Part shown: piece by piece, positions 29,702 to 49,600 of the stretch
How the letters are laid out: every line of letters starts with the position of its first letter
How positions within the stretch are numbered: the stretch's first letter is position 1
Assembly: GCF_009914755.1 (NCBI RefSeq)
Contig: NC_060931.1
DNA from: the human T2T-CHM13v2.0 reference genome, Homo sapiens
DNA: 64,000 nt
Direction: 5' to 3' (one strand)
The notes under the pieces: generated by a model
What the model saw: the letters and a program-made list of their open reading frames with translations, nothing else
Told to the model about the DNA's origin: nothing
Database searches by the model: none
Translations under genes and position numbers: made by a program

Positions 29702-30574
29702 TCATCTAGTAAACAGGGTTTCTAGGCTCAGTTAGCCATGCCACGTAGTAAAACTTCACAGAAAATATTCCCTTCTGACAGATATAATGAGGCAAAGAAG
29801 CTGAAACCAGTTCGAAAATTTAATTCTCTCTTCATCCCTTATCAGTTGCAAAGCCAGGTGTTCCTGAAACCTTTCCCTGTCCTCTGCCAGGAAGTGGGAT
29901 TTTTCAGCTGTATGGAGAGTCACAGGCATCAAAGCTCATGTAGGACACTGGACCATGTTGCTGAGTCCCAGAGGATTTTGCTCAAGACCTATAGCCAAGT
30001 CCCTGCTGTCACCACTAGATAATCTAGGAAACAATTTTCTCATCTCTCTTTTTGTTCCACTCGAGGTAGAAATAAAGGCCATGGTGACAGCCATATACAG
30101 CGTTCTTATGCCTCACTTGAAACATGGTTGAATAAGTGTCAGTCTATTCTTTTATATAAATATAAAAGGCAAAATTGTGTGATTTCAAGAAGGGGGGCTT
30201 TTATTGGGTGTTTAATGATGCTACACGTTCTCTTTTATTGCAACCAGATAAAACCTTTCATAGCGGAGCCCTTGGGATACTCTTCTTGAGATACTCACAA
30301 TCTGTTTATTGTATCCACTTCCTCCAGGAGGGAAAATTATTATATGGTAGTGTCAGGGAGTCAGGTTGCATGTGGGATGTCTCTTCAAAGTTCTCCCCTA
30401 ATATAGAGCCAACCAACTTTACCTTCAGTTGCATTTCTCTTTTGCAGTTTAATGCTCATTGTCAATGCACCCACTCTGTGGCCTTCCACTTTCATTCTCT
30501 GAAGATTGCTCACTGTTGATACCTCTGCAGGCCAGCTCTTTGCAGAACTGTGATAAGGAAGACTTTTTTTGCTC

Positions 30575-31347
30575 AACTTATTTTATTTTAGATTCAGGGA
30601 GTACACGTGCAGGTTCGTTATATGGAAATACTGTGTGATGATGAGGTTAAGGCTTGTAGTGAACCCAGCACCCAAATAGTGAACATTGTACTCAATAGAT
30701 AATTTTCACCCATTATCCCCTTCCCACCTTTCCCTCTTTTGGAGTCATTAGTGTCTGTTATTTCCATCTTTATGTTCATATGTACCCATTGTTTTGCTCC
30801 CACTTTTAAGTGAGAACATGTGGCATTTGATTTTCTGTTTCTGAGTCATTTTATTTAGGATAATTGCTTCCAGCTCCATCCATGTTGCTGCAAAGGACAG
30901 GATTTCATTATTTTTATGGCTGCATAGTATTCCATATGTATATGTGCCGCATTTTCTTTATCCAATCAACTATTGATGAACACTTAGGTTTTGATTCTAT
31001 GTCTTTGTGAATAGTGCTGCAATAAACATATGAGTGTAGGTGTCTTTTTGATAAAATGATTTCTTTTTCTTTGAGTAGATACCCAGCAGTGAAACTGCTC
31101 TGAATATTAGATCTGTTTTTAGTTCTTTGAGAAATCTCCATACTGTTTCCCACAGGAGTTGAACTAATTTATATTCCCACCAACAGTGTATAAGCATTCC
31201 CTTCTCTCTGCATCTTCATCATCATCTGTTACTTTCTGACTTTTTAATAGTAACCATTTTGAGATGGTATCTCAGTGTGGTTTTGATTTGCATCTCTCTG
31301 GTGATAAGTCATGTGGAGCATTTTTTTTAATCTGTCTTTTGGCCAAT
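30575..31347 (-). mobile_element. L1PA15-17/L1PB-type 3' fragment
   Basis: L1 3'UTR plus the ORF2 C-terminus ([23 protein letters not shown] in the ORF track). Confidence 0.88.
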
Positions 31348-32724
31348 TCTATGCCTGAGGAAGATATTTGTATACACTCTTCCCTCCCCAGCCACTCTTC
31401 ACCTTGGAGACTGGACTTCCTCCCTTCCTAACTTGTGACTTCCAAGCAAATGACTTTAAATGTAGATTCTGTGGTTGCATTTTAGGTATCAAGTAGTGTT
31501 TATGGGATCTAGGGAATAAGAGGCCCTTCTGATGCCTCTGAACTCTCCCTGTAAAGGAAGTGTCTGACCTTGCCTGCCAATAAAGCTTGGCCCTTTTCAC
31601 ACCTCTTCCTGGTGTCAAGCTTGACAAGAAAATTATGAAAATAGAGAACCTCCCACATACATTTTAGAAATGAATTGGGAAACCCTTAAATCACTGGTCC
31701 TCTAAGATACAGGGATTTCTCTCTCTGTGTTTTTAGGTAATAGTCTGTGTTTGGAAGTCTGATCAGGTTGCAATCTGCAAAATCGCAGCCCTTCACATAG
31801 CTCCCTCTTCAGTATGCATCCAAAGAGACATGAGTATATTATTTCTTCCAAAGTCAGCTACAATTGAAGCTCACTAAATTGACTCCACATCTTCCTCTCT
31901 CGGGCAGTGACAGTGGAATAGCAAGTGTTTTTTTTTTTTTCTAAAATGCTTATTTTTAACCAACCTCTCCTTTGAAGATTTCTCTATCACTGATGCCAAG
32001 GACACGGTCTTTTCTTTATAGAGGATGGCAGAACACCTGCAAATCAATGTTTGAGTCCAAGGGCTGCCGTCCGTGCCTCAAACACTTATGTAGTAACTGT
32101 GTCCTTTTGTCAGCTATGTCATACAGGATTGAAGGCAGAATTTATTGCAAATGAAAGGGCACTAATATCAGAAGGATGTTCTGCATATGTGCATGTGCAG
32201 CTGTGTTGATATGCACACAAATACATATGTGTGTGTGCTTGGGGGGGCTAGGCATGAGCACACCCATGCCTGTGTGAAAAGATGCCCAGAAGATTAACTT
32301 CACCCCTTGATGGTCCATGCTTATTATGGCCAAGAAAATCAAGATAATATCTCACATCATATAAAAATATATTTCAGTGGTCTGCTTCCACCAATCCCCC
32401 TACTAACCATTCTACAGTAAACCAGATGATGGGTTTCCTTTTATCTGTTCACTCTACTAAGCTTCGCGTGGAGCCCATCTCACTCTGTTTGCCTTTTCTC
32501 TAGCAGAATTATCCTGCACTAGGTTGTGTTGAGAATTATGCAATGATATGGATAGAAATGAATGGATAGAAAATTAAAGGAAAGGCACGCAAAAGGAAAT
32601 GTGGAAATTGGGTAATCAGGCCTGTAATCAAGTTGGTTTTAGTCAGTTCATATGGACATAGCATCTCCTCTGCAGGCTCTGTTTCCCAAAGATTACTTGT
32701 GTCACATCCTAAAAGAGTGGTTAT

Positions 32725-32970
32725 TGTTTATTCAGTGAACACTATGTGGCAGGCACTGTGCTAGGACCTATACAGGCATCAGTCCAATTAATCCTCACAC
32801 CACTCCTCTGAGACATACCTGTTATTATCCCCTTTTTACTGCTGCAAACACTGAGCTTCAGAGAGGTTAAGTAACTTGTCCAAGGTCTAAATCATTAATA
32901 GATGATGGGTGGATACAGGATATGAACCTGACAGCATGAACATGAGCCTGTGCACTTAATTAGTACTTCT
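32725..32970 (-). mobile_element. MIR
   Basis: CTATGTGGCAGGCACTGTGCTA...TTAATCCTCAC...CAGAGAGGTTAAGTAACTTGTCCAAGGTC. Confidence 0.8.
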
Positions 32971-33333
32971 CTGAGCCTTTTATTTTTAGCTTTGAAATCC
33001 CAAACCACTTTATGGGGTTTAATAACATCACAAAGAGGTAATACAGAGCCAACAATGTGAGACCTATATATAGAGGAAGCTCTGAAGACACATGAATTTT
33101 TCTACAGTTGTATAGGCAAAACCTGATGCTCTGAAATGTGAACCATTGTTCTCACCCCTTATGTAAACTTCATCCATGGAATCACAAAATCGGGCTTCCA
33201 GAGCTTGGTGTTAATCCCTTGTCCCTCCAAGCACCCAAGATCTAATAATTCTATACATATGAATATTGTCCTGCTGTAAATGATCTTCAGAGGTGAGGGA
33301 TGCCTAGGAACTAAGGTAGTACATTTTAAATTA

Positions 33334-33689
<356 letters not shown>

Positions 33690-35189
33690 TTACCAGAATA
33701 CAATTTCACCACCCCATGCCCCAAAATTTATTCTGAAGTCTGTAAACATTCAATCTTATCCCCTGTTCTTGTAAGAACAGAGAACATCAAAGAATCACTC
33801 ACTTAGCTGATGTTGCCACCACATGGTCCATTAAATTCCCCTGACACTTGTTGAACTTAAACAAACAACCCCGAGTAGGAGAAAACAACCATTCAGGATG
33901 ATATCTGATTGATCAGGCTGTGAAAAACTATTCAGTCAGGACTGCATGACTGACTGGCAGCAGATCTGCTGTGTGAGCCTGAATCCGCAAGTGGAGCCAG
34001 TTCACAGAATGATTATAGCTCATATAGACATATGAGCTGCAACCCAAAGAAACAATTAAAAAATCTGTCTGTCTGTAAGTGATACCCAGGCAGGGTCAGA
34101 ACTGAAAACACAATGTTTGGAGGCCTATGTTTGTTAGAAAATTTCTTCACTTTTTTATATTTTGAGAGATTCTGCTTTGACTATCGGAAACCATTTTCAC
34201 CTATTCACCTATTTCAATATGGATGTTAAAAAGGGCAATGAGAAAAGCCTCCTTTAGGAATTCAGATTTAGAATATTTGGCCAAAGTTCATCTTGTGTTT
34301 CCCAGGCTGGCTTCTTGCTAAATCCTTATTTTATCTCACCCTCCTTCTTTGTTAAAATTCTGCTCTTTGAACCCATCTCTCCAGGTTGAAACCATCTTGG
34401 CAAAGTATTATCAGCCGGTGTCTTCGGCTAGATGGACCTTTCAAGCCCTCCTAAGGTAAGAAAATGTTATTTTTCCCTTTTATGTGTTGTGGTTCATTGG
34501 ATAGTATTTGTCATCTTGTCACATAATAGGAATGACGTTCACAATGTTGAAATACGCCTTTAAGAAGTGATGACAACAGACATGGGAGCAGAGTCCATGC
34601 TGTAGCCTTCATCAGCCCCTTCAAGCACTTGCAGCCTTGCTTATATGTTCCCAACCAAGAACGTTCCCTTTAAAGTGCACCATTTCATTCTGATTTGTCA
34701 CAAGGGTCAGGTTCACACCAGAAAACTCTTTCCTTTGGAAACGCGAAGGGATAATTGGATTGCACCTTTTACCATATTTTGCACTGATACTTGAAAAGGC
34801 ATGAAAAATTTGCTGAGTATAGTATCCTTTCACACAAACACACACTCAAACACCGTTTTGGTTGGGGAGGGCAGTGGAACAAATGTTTTTCTTGTTTATT
34901 ATGAGGACAGCTGTAGTGAAATTGTTGTGATAATATACAGCCAAGGATTTCCTGAAGGTACAAATTGAGGGCACTGTTGAGGGAAATAGCTTAGGATCTT
35001 CTCTGAGGGAACCACCTCTCCACCATTAGCTCTATGGTGACTCAGGGAAGGTGCCAGTAGGAGAATCTTGTATTCATTCCATCTTCCTAAGCACAATCCC
35101 ATTGCCACTTCCCCCTGGAGCTGCATAGTGTCCTTTATGATTTGTACCTTCAAGCTTCACAATGAAACTCATTTTATCCTTTCTCCATA

Positions 35190-35191
<2 letters not shown>

Positions 35192-35241
<50 letters not shown>

Positions 35242-35283
35242 CCTACCTACCTACCTACCTACCTACCTACCTACCCACCCACC
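35192..35283. repeat. Compound tetranucleotide STR [TATC]12[TACC]9[CACC]2
   Basis: Counted directly. Confidence 0.96.
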
Positions 35284-36136
35284 TGTCACCTATCTATCAG
35301 ATTTTTGACTGCGGGGGAAAGCACACAGGATGATTTTCCTGCTGACTTGTTCCAAGTGGGATTATCTTGACCTCAAATCCCCAGGAGAGACAGTTCTCTC
35401 TGTTGAAAAATAGACATTTCCAGGCAGTTTTGGAAAAAGCTTCTTTACAAACGATTTTGGAATCTTTCTGGGGAAAATGTACCCAAGAACACAAAACTGG
35501 AAGGTTTATAAACACTTAGAGGCTAATGATCCAACTAGAGGTATTTTATTTTTTTAATTTCTAATTTTTTAGTTACTGTCATTACACTATCCCTATCCCA
35601 TAGGAGGACCCAAAGTTAAAAGAAAGGAAAAAAAAAAATCAAAGCACTTACAAAAGTTTAGGTGAGGCCATTTTGGCTGTTGTCTAATATGCTTTGGAAA
35701 GAATCCTCAACACACAAAAAATAAGAATTTTCACATATACAAAAGATAGGATCTGGATCTCATTGTCATGTTCAAAGTGCTGTAATGAACATCTGGCTCT
35801 CCCATCTGATCATTTCTCCAAAGGGCTCTCAATTAATTTAAAGCCAAAAAAAAAACTTTTATAATACTCCTGAAGTTTTAACATAGTTATATTTAATAAT
35901 CAACTCATTTATTTGTTTTGTATTTAGCTAGCAAGAGTTTTTTTGGTGTACACACCATGAAGCAGCATTGCTCAAAACAATGCATTCTGAATACTCTACT
36001 GAGTTGGTATTTTGACTACTGTGGAGTATTTGAGTACACCTGCCTTAATGATTTTCATGCTAAAATTGTTGTGCCCAAAGTCTAGAAGTAGAACTTTGGG
36101 ACTTTTCCATTTGTCTGTGCATTAAAGTAGATGTAA

Positions 36137-36352
36137 GCCTGGGCAACATGGCAAAACCCATTCTCTTCAAAGACTGTAAAAATTAGCTGGGCATGGTGGT
36201 GCACTCCTGTAGTCTCAGCTACTCAGAAGGCTGAGTTGAGAGAATGGCTTGAGCCCATGATGCAGAGGTTGTAGTGAGCTGAGATCATGCCACTGTACCC
36301 TACCCTGGGCAACAGAGTGAGACCCTGCTTCAAAAAAATTAAATTATATTAA
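36137..36352 (+). mobile_element. 5'-truncated AluJ-like element
   Basis: End of left arm plus right arm with GCTTGAGCCC and GTGAGACCCTG. Confidence 0.85.
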
Positions 36353-36365
36353 AAAGTAGATGTAA

Positions 36366-36681
<316 letters not shown>

Positions 36682-38079
36682 CTAAGAAGCTTCATTCTGC
36701 TCATGAGTAATGCCTTGCCTCCTAGGTAATTCTCTGTATAAAGGTAGAATCAATGTATGTGCCTTTTTCTCAGTCATGTAGGTTTTCCTAGGCTATGGTA
36801 ATTTCACAGCAGAGTGTCAACCTTGCTTCTGGCTTGACTTTCTACTAATGCATAGTTTCAAATTTAATTGGGAATAGAGAACAATCACACTCCAGATAAT
36901 TGCCAAAGAGAACAATTTCAAAATCACAGCTGCCTAATATTCAGCAAAAATTGAGGAAAGTAAAGTTTTTGGGGGAATCATTCAAAGAAGTAAATGAAAC
37001 CCATGTAACCCTCCACACATTCTAAATATTTCCAGACTTCAATTGCCTTTGAGGTAAGGCCATTAACCCGTCATTAGCCACATGACATTATACCTCTCCC
37101 AGATATTGTTAAGGACTCTAATCATTATGGTGTAGAGAATTCCATTTATCATGAGCTTCAGGGGCAATTTCTTCCTCATCTTAGCACATCTTATCTTGGA
37201 TGCTCACTAATATGTGTCCACTAACATGAAAGAGGGAGTCTTCAGGGTAGGAATTTTCGATTTTTCTCTTTCTGTCTCTAGTTGAATATTTATGTATTTA
37301 TTTATTTATTTATTTTGCTGCAGTTCAAGTAATCTAGAAAACCACTTTTGTGGAAAAGAAGGCTAATAAATAAATCTGCCACTTAAGGCAAAGTTGGGAT
37401 ATTTCCCCCAAAGCCTCAGAGGAAGAGCATGACTTACCCTATAATAAGCTGGTAGAAATAAGAGAGTATTTATGTTTGGCTCCGCAAAATGATTAAAAAA
37501 GAAAATTTCTTTGAAAAAAGAGCAGGCAATTATAGAAAAAAATCAAGCTGTGATACGTACAGATGCAAATATAGCTAATGTAAGAAAATAATGCAAAAGA
37601 AAATGAGATGAAAAATGTACATTTGTTTTGATGTTCAGTATAAACTACTGAAATAATCTGTAAATTCATATGTGTACTGTGGAGGATGCACTTCAGATAC
37701 TCTCCCAGAAGCAGAGTTAAAAATGCGGAGGTAAAAGAGATGAGAAAAAATATGAAAGACAGATTTGACAGCAGACATAAATAATTTTCCAAAGCCAGAA
37801 ACCAGAGTAATAATGAATGAAGCAATAGTAAAGGATATAATAGAAGAAGGAAAGTTTCTGGAAGAAAAATCATGACTTGAAATGACTCACCTGGATCCAG
37901 GCAAAATTAATTAAAAGGACCTACATTTAAATTAACAGTCATATTTTTCAAAACTTAAATTCAAGAACAAAGGGGGATAATATAATTATAAATCAGAAAG
38001 AAACAACAATCAGAGTGTCCCAATTTCACTTTTTCAACACTAATTGAAAAAAAAAACTAAAGTGTGAAAGCTACAGAAT

Positions 38080-38849
<770 letters not shown>

Positions 38850-39005
38850 AAAGGGTGAAAGCTATAGAATGTTTTTAAAAGCTTGAGAAACAACAGTTCC
38901 ACATAAAATCTGGATATTAACGCCTGTCCCAAGAGTTTCAGTCAGGCAAGGATTTAAAGCATAAATCACTGTGTGTCCTTTCTAAAAAGAGTGGATCTTG
39001 GTCAT

Positions 39006-39095
39006 TGTTTTTTGTTTTTATGAGACCCAGCTCGCTCTGTCGCCAGGATGGAGTGCAGTGGCGCGATCCCTGCTCACTGCAACCTCCGCCTCCCG
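39006..39095 (-). mobile_element. Alu right-arm 3' fragment
   Basis: CTCGCTCTGTCGCCAGGATGGAGTGCAGTGGCGCGATC. Confidence 0.85.
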
Positions 39096-39528
39096 GTGTT
39101 TGTTACTACCTCAAGAATTAAAGAAATTTTTTAACTAATTCAATAAATATTTATTGAGTTAAAGAAGTAAAGAAATACAGGTCTCAGAATACGATAAATT
39201 TAATATACCCAGACTACTATACAGTTTATTCAAGATTTTCCCACTCCCAATAATTATAAAAGCCACTAATAGAGGAATAATTGTATAAATATCAGAAAAC
39301 AGAAAACAAAGACAGCACTTTTATCAAGAAGCTTAAACAACTTACCACCTTTCCATATCCCATCACCCTCAGTCTCATGGAAAGACAATTTGGTTAAAGA
39401 AACCAAAAACAGCATGTGGTCCTTACAGACAACCATAATATAGAAAGGAATTTTTTCTTTATTTTGTTTTGTTTTGTTTTTAGGTACATAAATTCAAATT
39501 TTTAAATATAACTACTGTGGTAGATTGA

Positions 39529-40011
<483 letters not shown>

Positions 40012-40155
40012 TAGTAGGAATAAGTTCAAGAGCTCCATTATACAATATTGTGACTATGGTTAATAACAATATATCCTATTCTTGAACATTGCTAAGAGCA
40101 GATATTAGATGTTCTCACCACACACAAAAAAAGTATGTAAGGTAATGCATATCTT

Positions 40156-44119
<3,964 letters not shown>

Positions 44120-44166
44120 AGGTAATGCGTGTCTTAATTAGCTTGATTTAGCTATTCCACAATGTA

Positions 44167-44801
44167 CAGATGGCCCTCTGTATCCACTGGTTCTACATCT
44201 GCAGATTCAACCAAGCACTGATCAAAAATATTTGGAAATAATAATAATAAATAACAATACAATAATACAAATAACAGACAATACGGTAAGTATAACTATT
44301 TACATAGCATTTACATTGTATCAGGTATTATAAGTAATTTAGAAATGATTTAAAGTATATGGGAGGATGTGCATAAGTTACAAGCAGATACTTTGCCTTT
44401 TGTTTGTTTTTACTTTTGAGACAAGAGTCTCTCTCTATTGTCCAAGCTGGAGTGCAGTGGTACCATCATAGCTTACCGCAGCCTCAACCTCCTAGGCTCA
44501 AGTAATCCTTCTACTTCAGCCTCCCAAGTAGCTGGGACTAGAGGCACTCGCCACCACACCCAGCTAATATTTGTATTTTTTGTAGAGATGGAGTTTAGCC
44601 ATGTTGCTCAGGCTAGTCTTGAACTCCTGGGCTCAAGCAATCCACCCACCTCAGCCTCCCAAAGTTCTGGGATTACCTGCTCTAGCCACTGCCACTGTGT
44701 CTGGCCTACTGTGTCATTTTATATCATGGACTTAAGCATCCATGGATTTTGATGTCCAAGGGAGGGAGATTCTGGAAGCAATCCCCCTTGAATAATAACT
44801 G
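44167..44801. mobile_element. MER2-like TcMar-Tigger DNA transposon, interrupted by AluJ
   Basis: Starts CAGATGGCCCTCTGTATCCAC...GATTCAACCAA and ends ...AACTG; flanked by TA at 44165-66 and 44802-03. Confidence 0.8.
44398..44706 (-). mobile_element. AluJ inside MER2
   Basis: ATCATAGCT, GCAGCCTCAACCTCC and GGGCTCAAGCAATCC AluJ diagnostics. Confidence 0.9.
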
Positions 44802-45263
44802 TATACATATTTCAAAACAACATGTCATATATGATATATACAATTTCTATTTATTCATTAAAAAATAAATTTAAATGCAGCAGTAGCATGTCTGTTCTGG
44901 GTCTTGGACTGAAGAAGCACCGTGCTCTAAGGAAGGCCAGGTTATGTTGCTGGAGACAGAGGTCACTTGTAGAGGCCTCAGAAGAGGACATACCACATGG
45001 GGAGAGAGGCCATAAGGAAGAGAATTGAGGTGCTCCAGCCAACAGCACATAAGAGAAAAGCTGCCTTGAAACTTCCAGCGCAGCCCAGCTGCCAGCTGTG
45101 TGCACCTCTACGAGTGACCCCAGACAACACATGTGAATCAAAGAACTGTACGGCTCAGTTCAGCCAACCCACAGAACCATGAGAAAGAATAAGTCATGTT
45201 ATTTTAAACCACTAAGTTTTGGAGTGTTATATTTGAAAGCAATAGATAATGAAAACACATACC

Positions 45264-45608
<345 letters not shown>

Positions 45609-46879
45609 TAGTTAATCCTCACAACGACTCTTTGAAGTAATCTCGATTTTTCAAGTTTCACAGTAGAGGCAATGTTAAAAGTTTCCATAGACTTGCCCAG
45701 AGTCATGCATAGTAGACGGGAGACAGAGGGGATGCTCCAATCCAGGTCTGTCAGATGCCTCCCACTCTGAATCCTCAGGTAAATAGCCTCTTCCTTCTCA
45801 ATGCCCAACAATATGGGGAATAGAAAAAGTAGATATATTGCTGTATAGCCATATGATAAAATATTATTGTAGTTATTTTTTAAAAGTTCCAAAACAAGAA
45901 CAGATAACAGAAAAATCTGATAAATTTTATTGCAAAGGACAGGATAAAGATACACATTTCTGGATACGTGTTATATGTATGTAAGGCAATGCAACAAAAC
46001 TGACAGTCATTATTCCTGGTGGTAGCATTTTATGGTTGATTTTTAAATAATTTTATTTAGAACATCCACATTTCACATAATTTTCATGCATTATTTTTCA
46101 ACCACAAAAAAATTAAAAAGGCATTATTTTAGTGGTTGCAGAGGCTAAAAGTGAATTAGATTAACAGTAATAATTATTTTATTTGATTGATATACACAAT
46201 CAGTTTATTTGATTGGTAACACAAGCAGATAAGCAGCTCTTGCATTCTATAAAAATCTAACCAGAAAGATTGAAACTATAAACAATCAATGGACTAAAAC
46301 ATCCCATTCCCCCAGTATTTGAGCATATTTTTGTTCTTCAGAACAACAATGTAACATAAATGTACTAAACATTATTATTTACTTGGAGACTGGAAAGATT
46401 TCTATTTACTCTTTAAGGATTCTCAATATATTTTAAAGCAACAGCTCTGAAATTATTTATATATGTAGTATCAGTTATAGTGAACACTTCCCCTCCACAG
46501 AGATCTGTAAAGTAAGAAGTGACATATTAATATTTCCAAATGGTTGCCAATTTATCCCTGTTGAAGAAGCATTGAGCTGCCTCACCATCTGAAGTCGAAT
46601 CTGGGAGCTCAAGAAGCCAGCAAGAAAGGGCCTTCCCACATTAACAGTTTCACCGGCATTATCAGCCACATAGAGATAACTTGCGTACATCAGTAGCTAT
46701 GAGTGCAAAGTTCATCAGCTGCTTCCATACTTCTCTGTGGGTCAAGCCTGAAAAAGTGATTGAGGCTGTAGGTCACATCTCCTGAAGCCAAACCTATTTA
46801 TGAACACATTTCTAGGTTCTCAGGGGAGAATGAAGTTTAGCAAAGTTACACTCCAGCTAATGAGACCACATATTAGGAA

Positions 46880-47135
46880 GCGCCTGAAAGAGTCATATTC
46901 ATAGATGGAAAATAGAATGGTAGTTACCGGAGTGGGGTGAGGGTGTAATGGAGAGTTCTTGTTTAATGAGTACAGAGTTTCTATTTGGGAAGGTGAGAAA
47001 GCTCTGGAAATAAATGGTGGTGATGATTGCATACAGTGTGGGTGTACTTAATGCCACTGCACTGTACACTCAAAAGTGGTTAAAATGGAAAGTTTTATGC
47101 TATGTATCATGTATTTTGCCACAATAAAAAATATA
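46880..47135 (+). mobile_element. L1MB-type 3' end
   Basis: TTCATAGATGGAAAATAGAATGGTAGTTACC...TACTTAATGCCACTG...TTTTGCCACAATAAAAA. Confidence 0.82.
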
Positions 47136-49029
47136 TATACAGACAGAACTTCACATTGCTTTATCCTATCCTACCACAACTACTTTTACTTTTCCACAGT
47201 TACCTTTTTAGTATTCATGATACATTTTTCTTCTAATAACTTACTCAGTATTTTTAATTTTTAAAAATCCAGATTTTTAGGAGTGTTTCCAAATAAAAAG
47301 CACCACCTAGCAGCAACACCCTCAGACTTTACACATAAGCTCCCTGAGGCCTCGTGAAGTTTCTATGAATTGTGCTTGTCAGATGCAACCTGTGGCATGA
47401 CAGTCAGTGCCATACAAACAATATTTTCTACAGTGCAAATACTCTTTTTAACATTTCTAGATAATCAGAAAGCAACCTAATTATTACCATATTCTCAATT
47501 TATGATAATGGCGGTCCCTCTCTCAATTAAATTACATAGTTAGCATCTAAAGTTGTAGTTACATTTCTGAAGTAAGCAAATTTCAAGGGTGACTGAAAAT
47601 TATGATTCTTTTTGCGTTTTTCTCATAGTCCATTCTTATTCAGCTAGTTTGCTAGAAATCTCCTCTGTGGATCCTGCTTCTCCCGTAGGTTTCAGCAACA
47701 CAGTGGCTTGAAGCTGACCTCCTCCTCCAGCCCTCACCTTGATATTTCTCACCTCCTTATCTTTGTAATGTTGTGAACTCCACCTGGAGTTTTGCCTATG
47801 CCTTTCCCCAGGCCTGCAACCACCATTAAACACAGTGAACTTGAACTTCCACATAGCACTGAAACTCCCTTCAAGCATCACACCATCCTGGAAATCTTTC
47901 TTGATCCTCCCCACTCCACCTCCCCAAGACCCATAAATAGACATGCACTTCAAGCTGAATGAGAGGACTTCCCTCTGGAGTCCTAAGAGTTTTCTCTCTT
48001 ATTTATTACATGGCATTACATTTATCTGTGTCTTGTGTTCATCTCCCCCCAACCTCCCTCTCACTAACCTGTAAGCTCTTGAAGAACAGAAACTGCCTCA
48101 TTTACTTCTGTGTCCTCTACAATAAAATCAGGGGTTGGGGACTGATTGACCAAATAAGAAAAATGAGTGAGTGAATGAGTGACTAGCATGAACCCCATGA
48201 TATTAGTCTGTGCAGATAGTAGTGCAAAAAATGACATGGTCCTTCCCTTAGTACGTTAATAAACCACTTGTCAATCATCTAATACAGATCCTTTACATTT
48301 CTTGTTGTTCCTTCCGCCAATAGCTAAAAGTCTTGGAATGTTCAGCCACAGTTGTATAATTTGAATCTATTGCTATGACATTTAATTTCACAATCTACTT
48401 TGTTAACTCTAAACTGAGTTAGTTTTAATACACAATTTCCAGCTAAATGTTGTTCTAATAACGAAGTTCATCAGAGACATCTTTCAAAGGTACAAAGAGT
48501 TAACTATGTAATTTTCTTAATAAGACTGAAAAGGCAGTGCATCATTTTTTCTAACTATGGCATGCTCTGTGACACCATGTAATTTTGGGGTATCTATACT
48601 TTGCTTGGAAAAGAAAAAACAATACCTAGTTTCTTTTTAAAACTATTTTTGCTGCCAGGAAAAAAAATCATTTGCTCTGTCACAATTATGGTAATAAATC
48701 TTACAGTGAAGACATTTAATGATGGCTACAAAGCTTCCTTTATTTTACCTTACAGAGACAAGCTTTAAACTTACTAAGCAAGTAAAGAATGGGTGCACTT
48801 TAGTTTTACAAATGCCTGCTTAAGAAATATGTCATTAAAAAGAAATACTCTCTAGCCCTGAGTTTGCATGGCTTAGGATAAGACTTCTTTATAAAAGTTC
48901 GGTTACATTCAGAATTAGATAATTTAGACTTTCTGTTCTTGGGCTACTGAAGTCATGGAAATAAGTTAAATTAACCCAGTTTGTTTCAGATTTATTTGTG
49001 ACTTGAGATTCCATACTTTTAAAATTTAA

Positions 49030-49600
49030 TTTATTTTGAATAAGAATTCAAATAGATGCTGAGTATAAAATTCAAAAGGTTTCAAGGAGAATGTGATGAA
49101 AATTTCCCTCCGCCTTGGTCTCCTGCCCTGCATAACAACTTCCCTGATGTGGCTACCTTTACTAGTTTCTTTTACAACATTTCAGAGGAATTATATGTAA
49201 AACAAATACAGACATGATATTTTCGTAATATCTCTTTGAGATCATTCCATACCAATAAATACTGAATTTGTTTTAATAGCTGCATAGTATACCATCAGAT
49301 GGATAAAACCAAATTTATAATCATTTATATACTGATAAACAAATGTTATTACAAATGACATTTCAATGGATATTATTGGAACATATGTGTTTCCACATAT
49401 AAGAAATCATATATGTAGCTTAAATTCATAGAACAGGAATTGCTAGGTCAAAGGGTATGTGCCTATTTATCTTAGATATTACAAACCATTCTCTACAGAG
49501 TTTGTACCAATTTATACGACCACCAATGTAAGTGTGCTTGAAACTTCATATTCTCACCACAGTATATTATCAAAATTGATCTTTGCCAAAATGAAAGGTT
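49030..49600 (-). mobile_element. Ancient L1ME-like fragment
   Basis: TTTTAATAGCTGCATAGTAT...GGAATTGCTAGGTCAAAGGGTATGTG...TTGTACCAATTTATAC. Confidence 0.6.
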
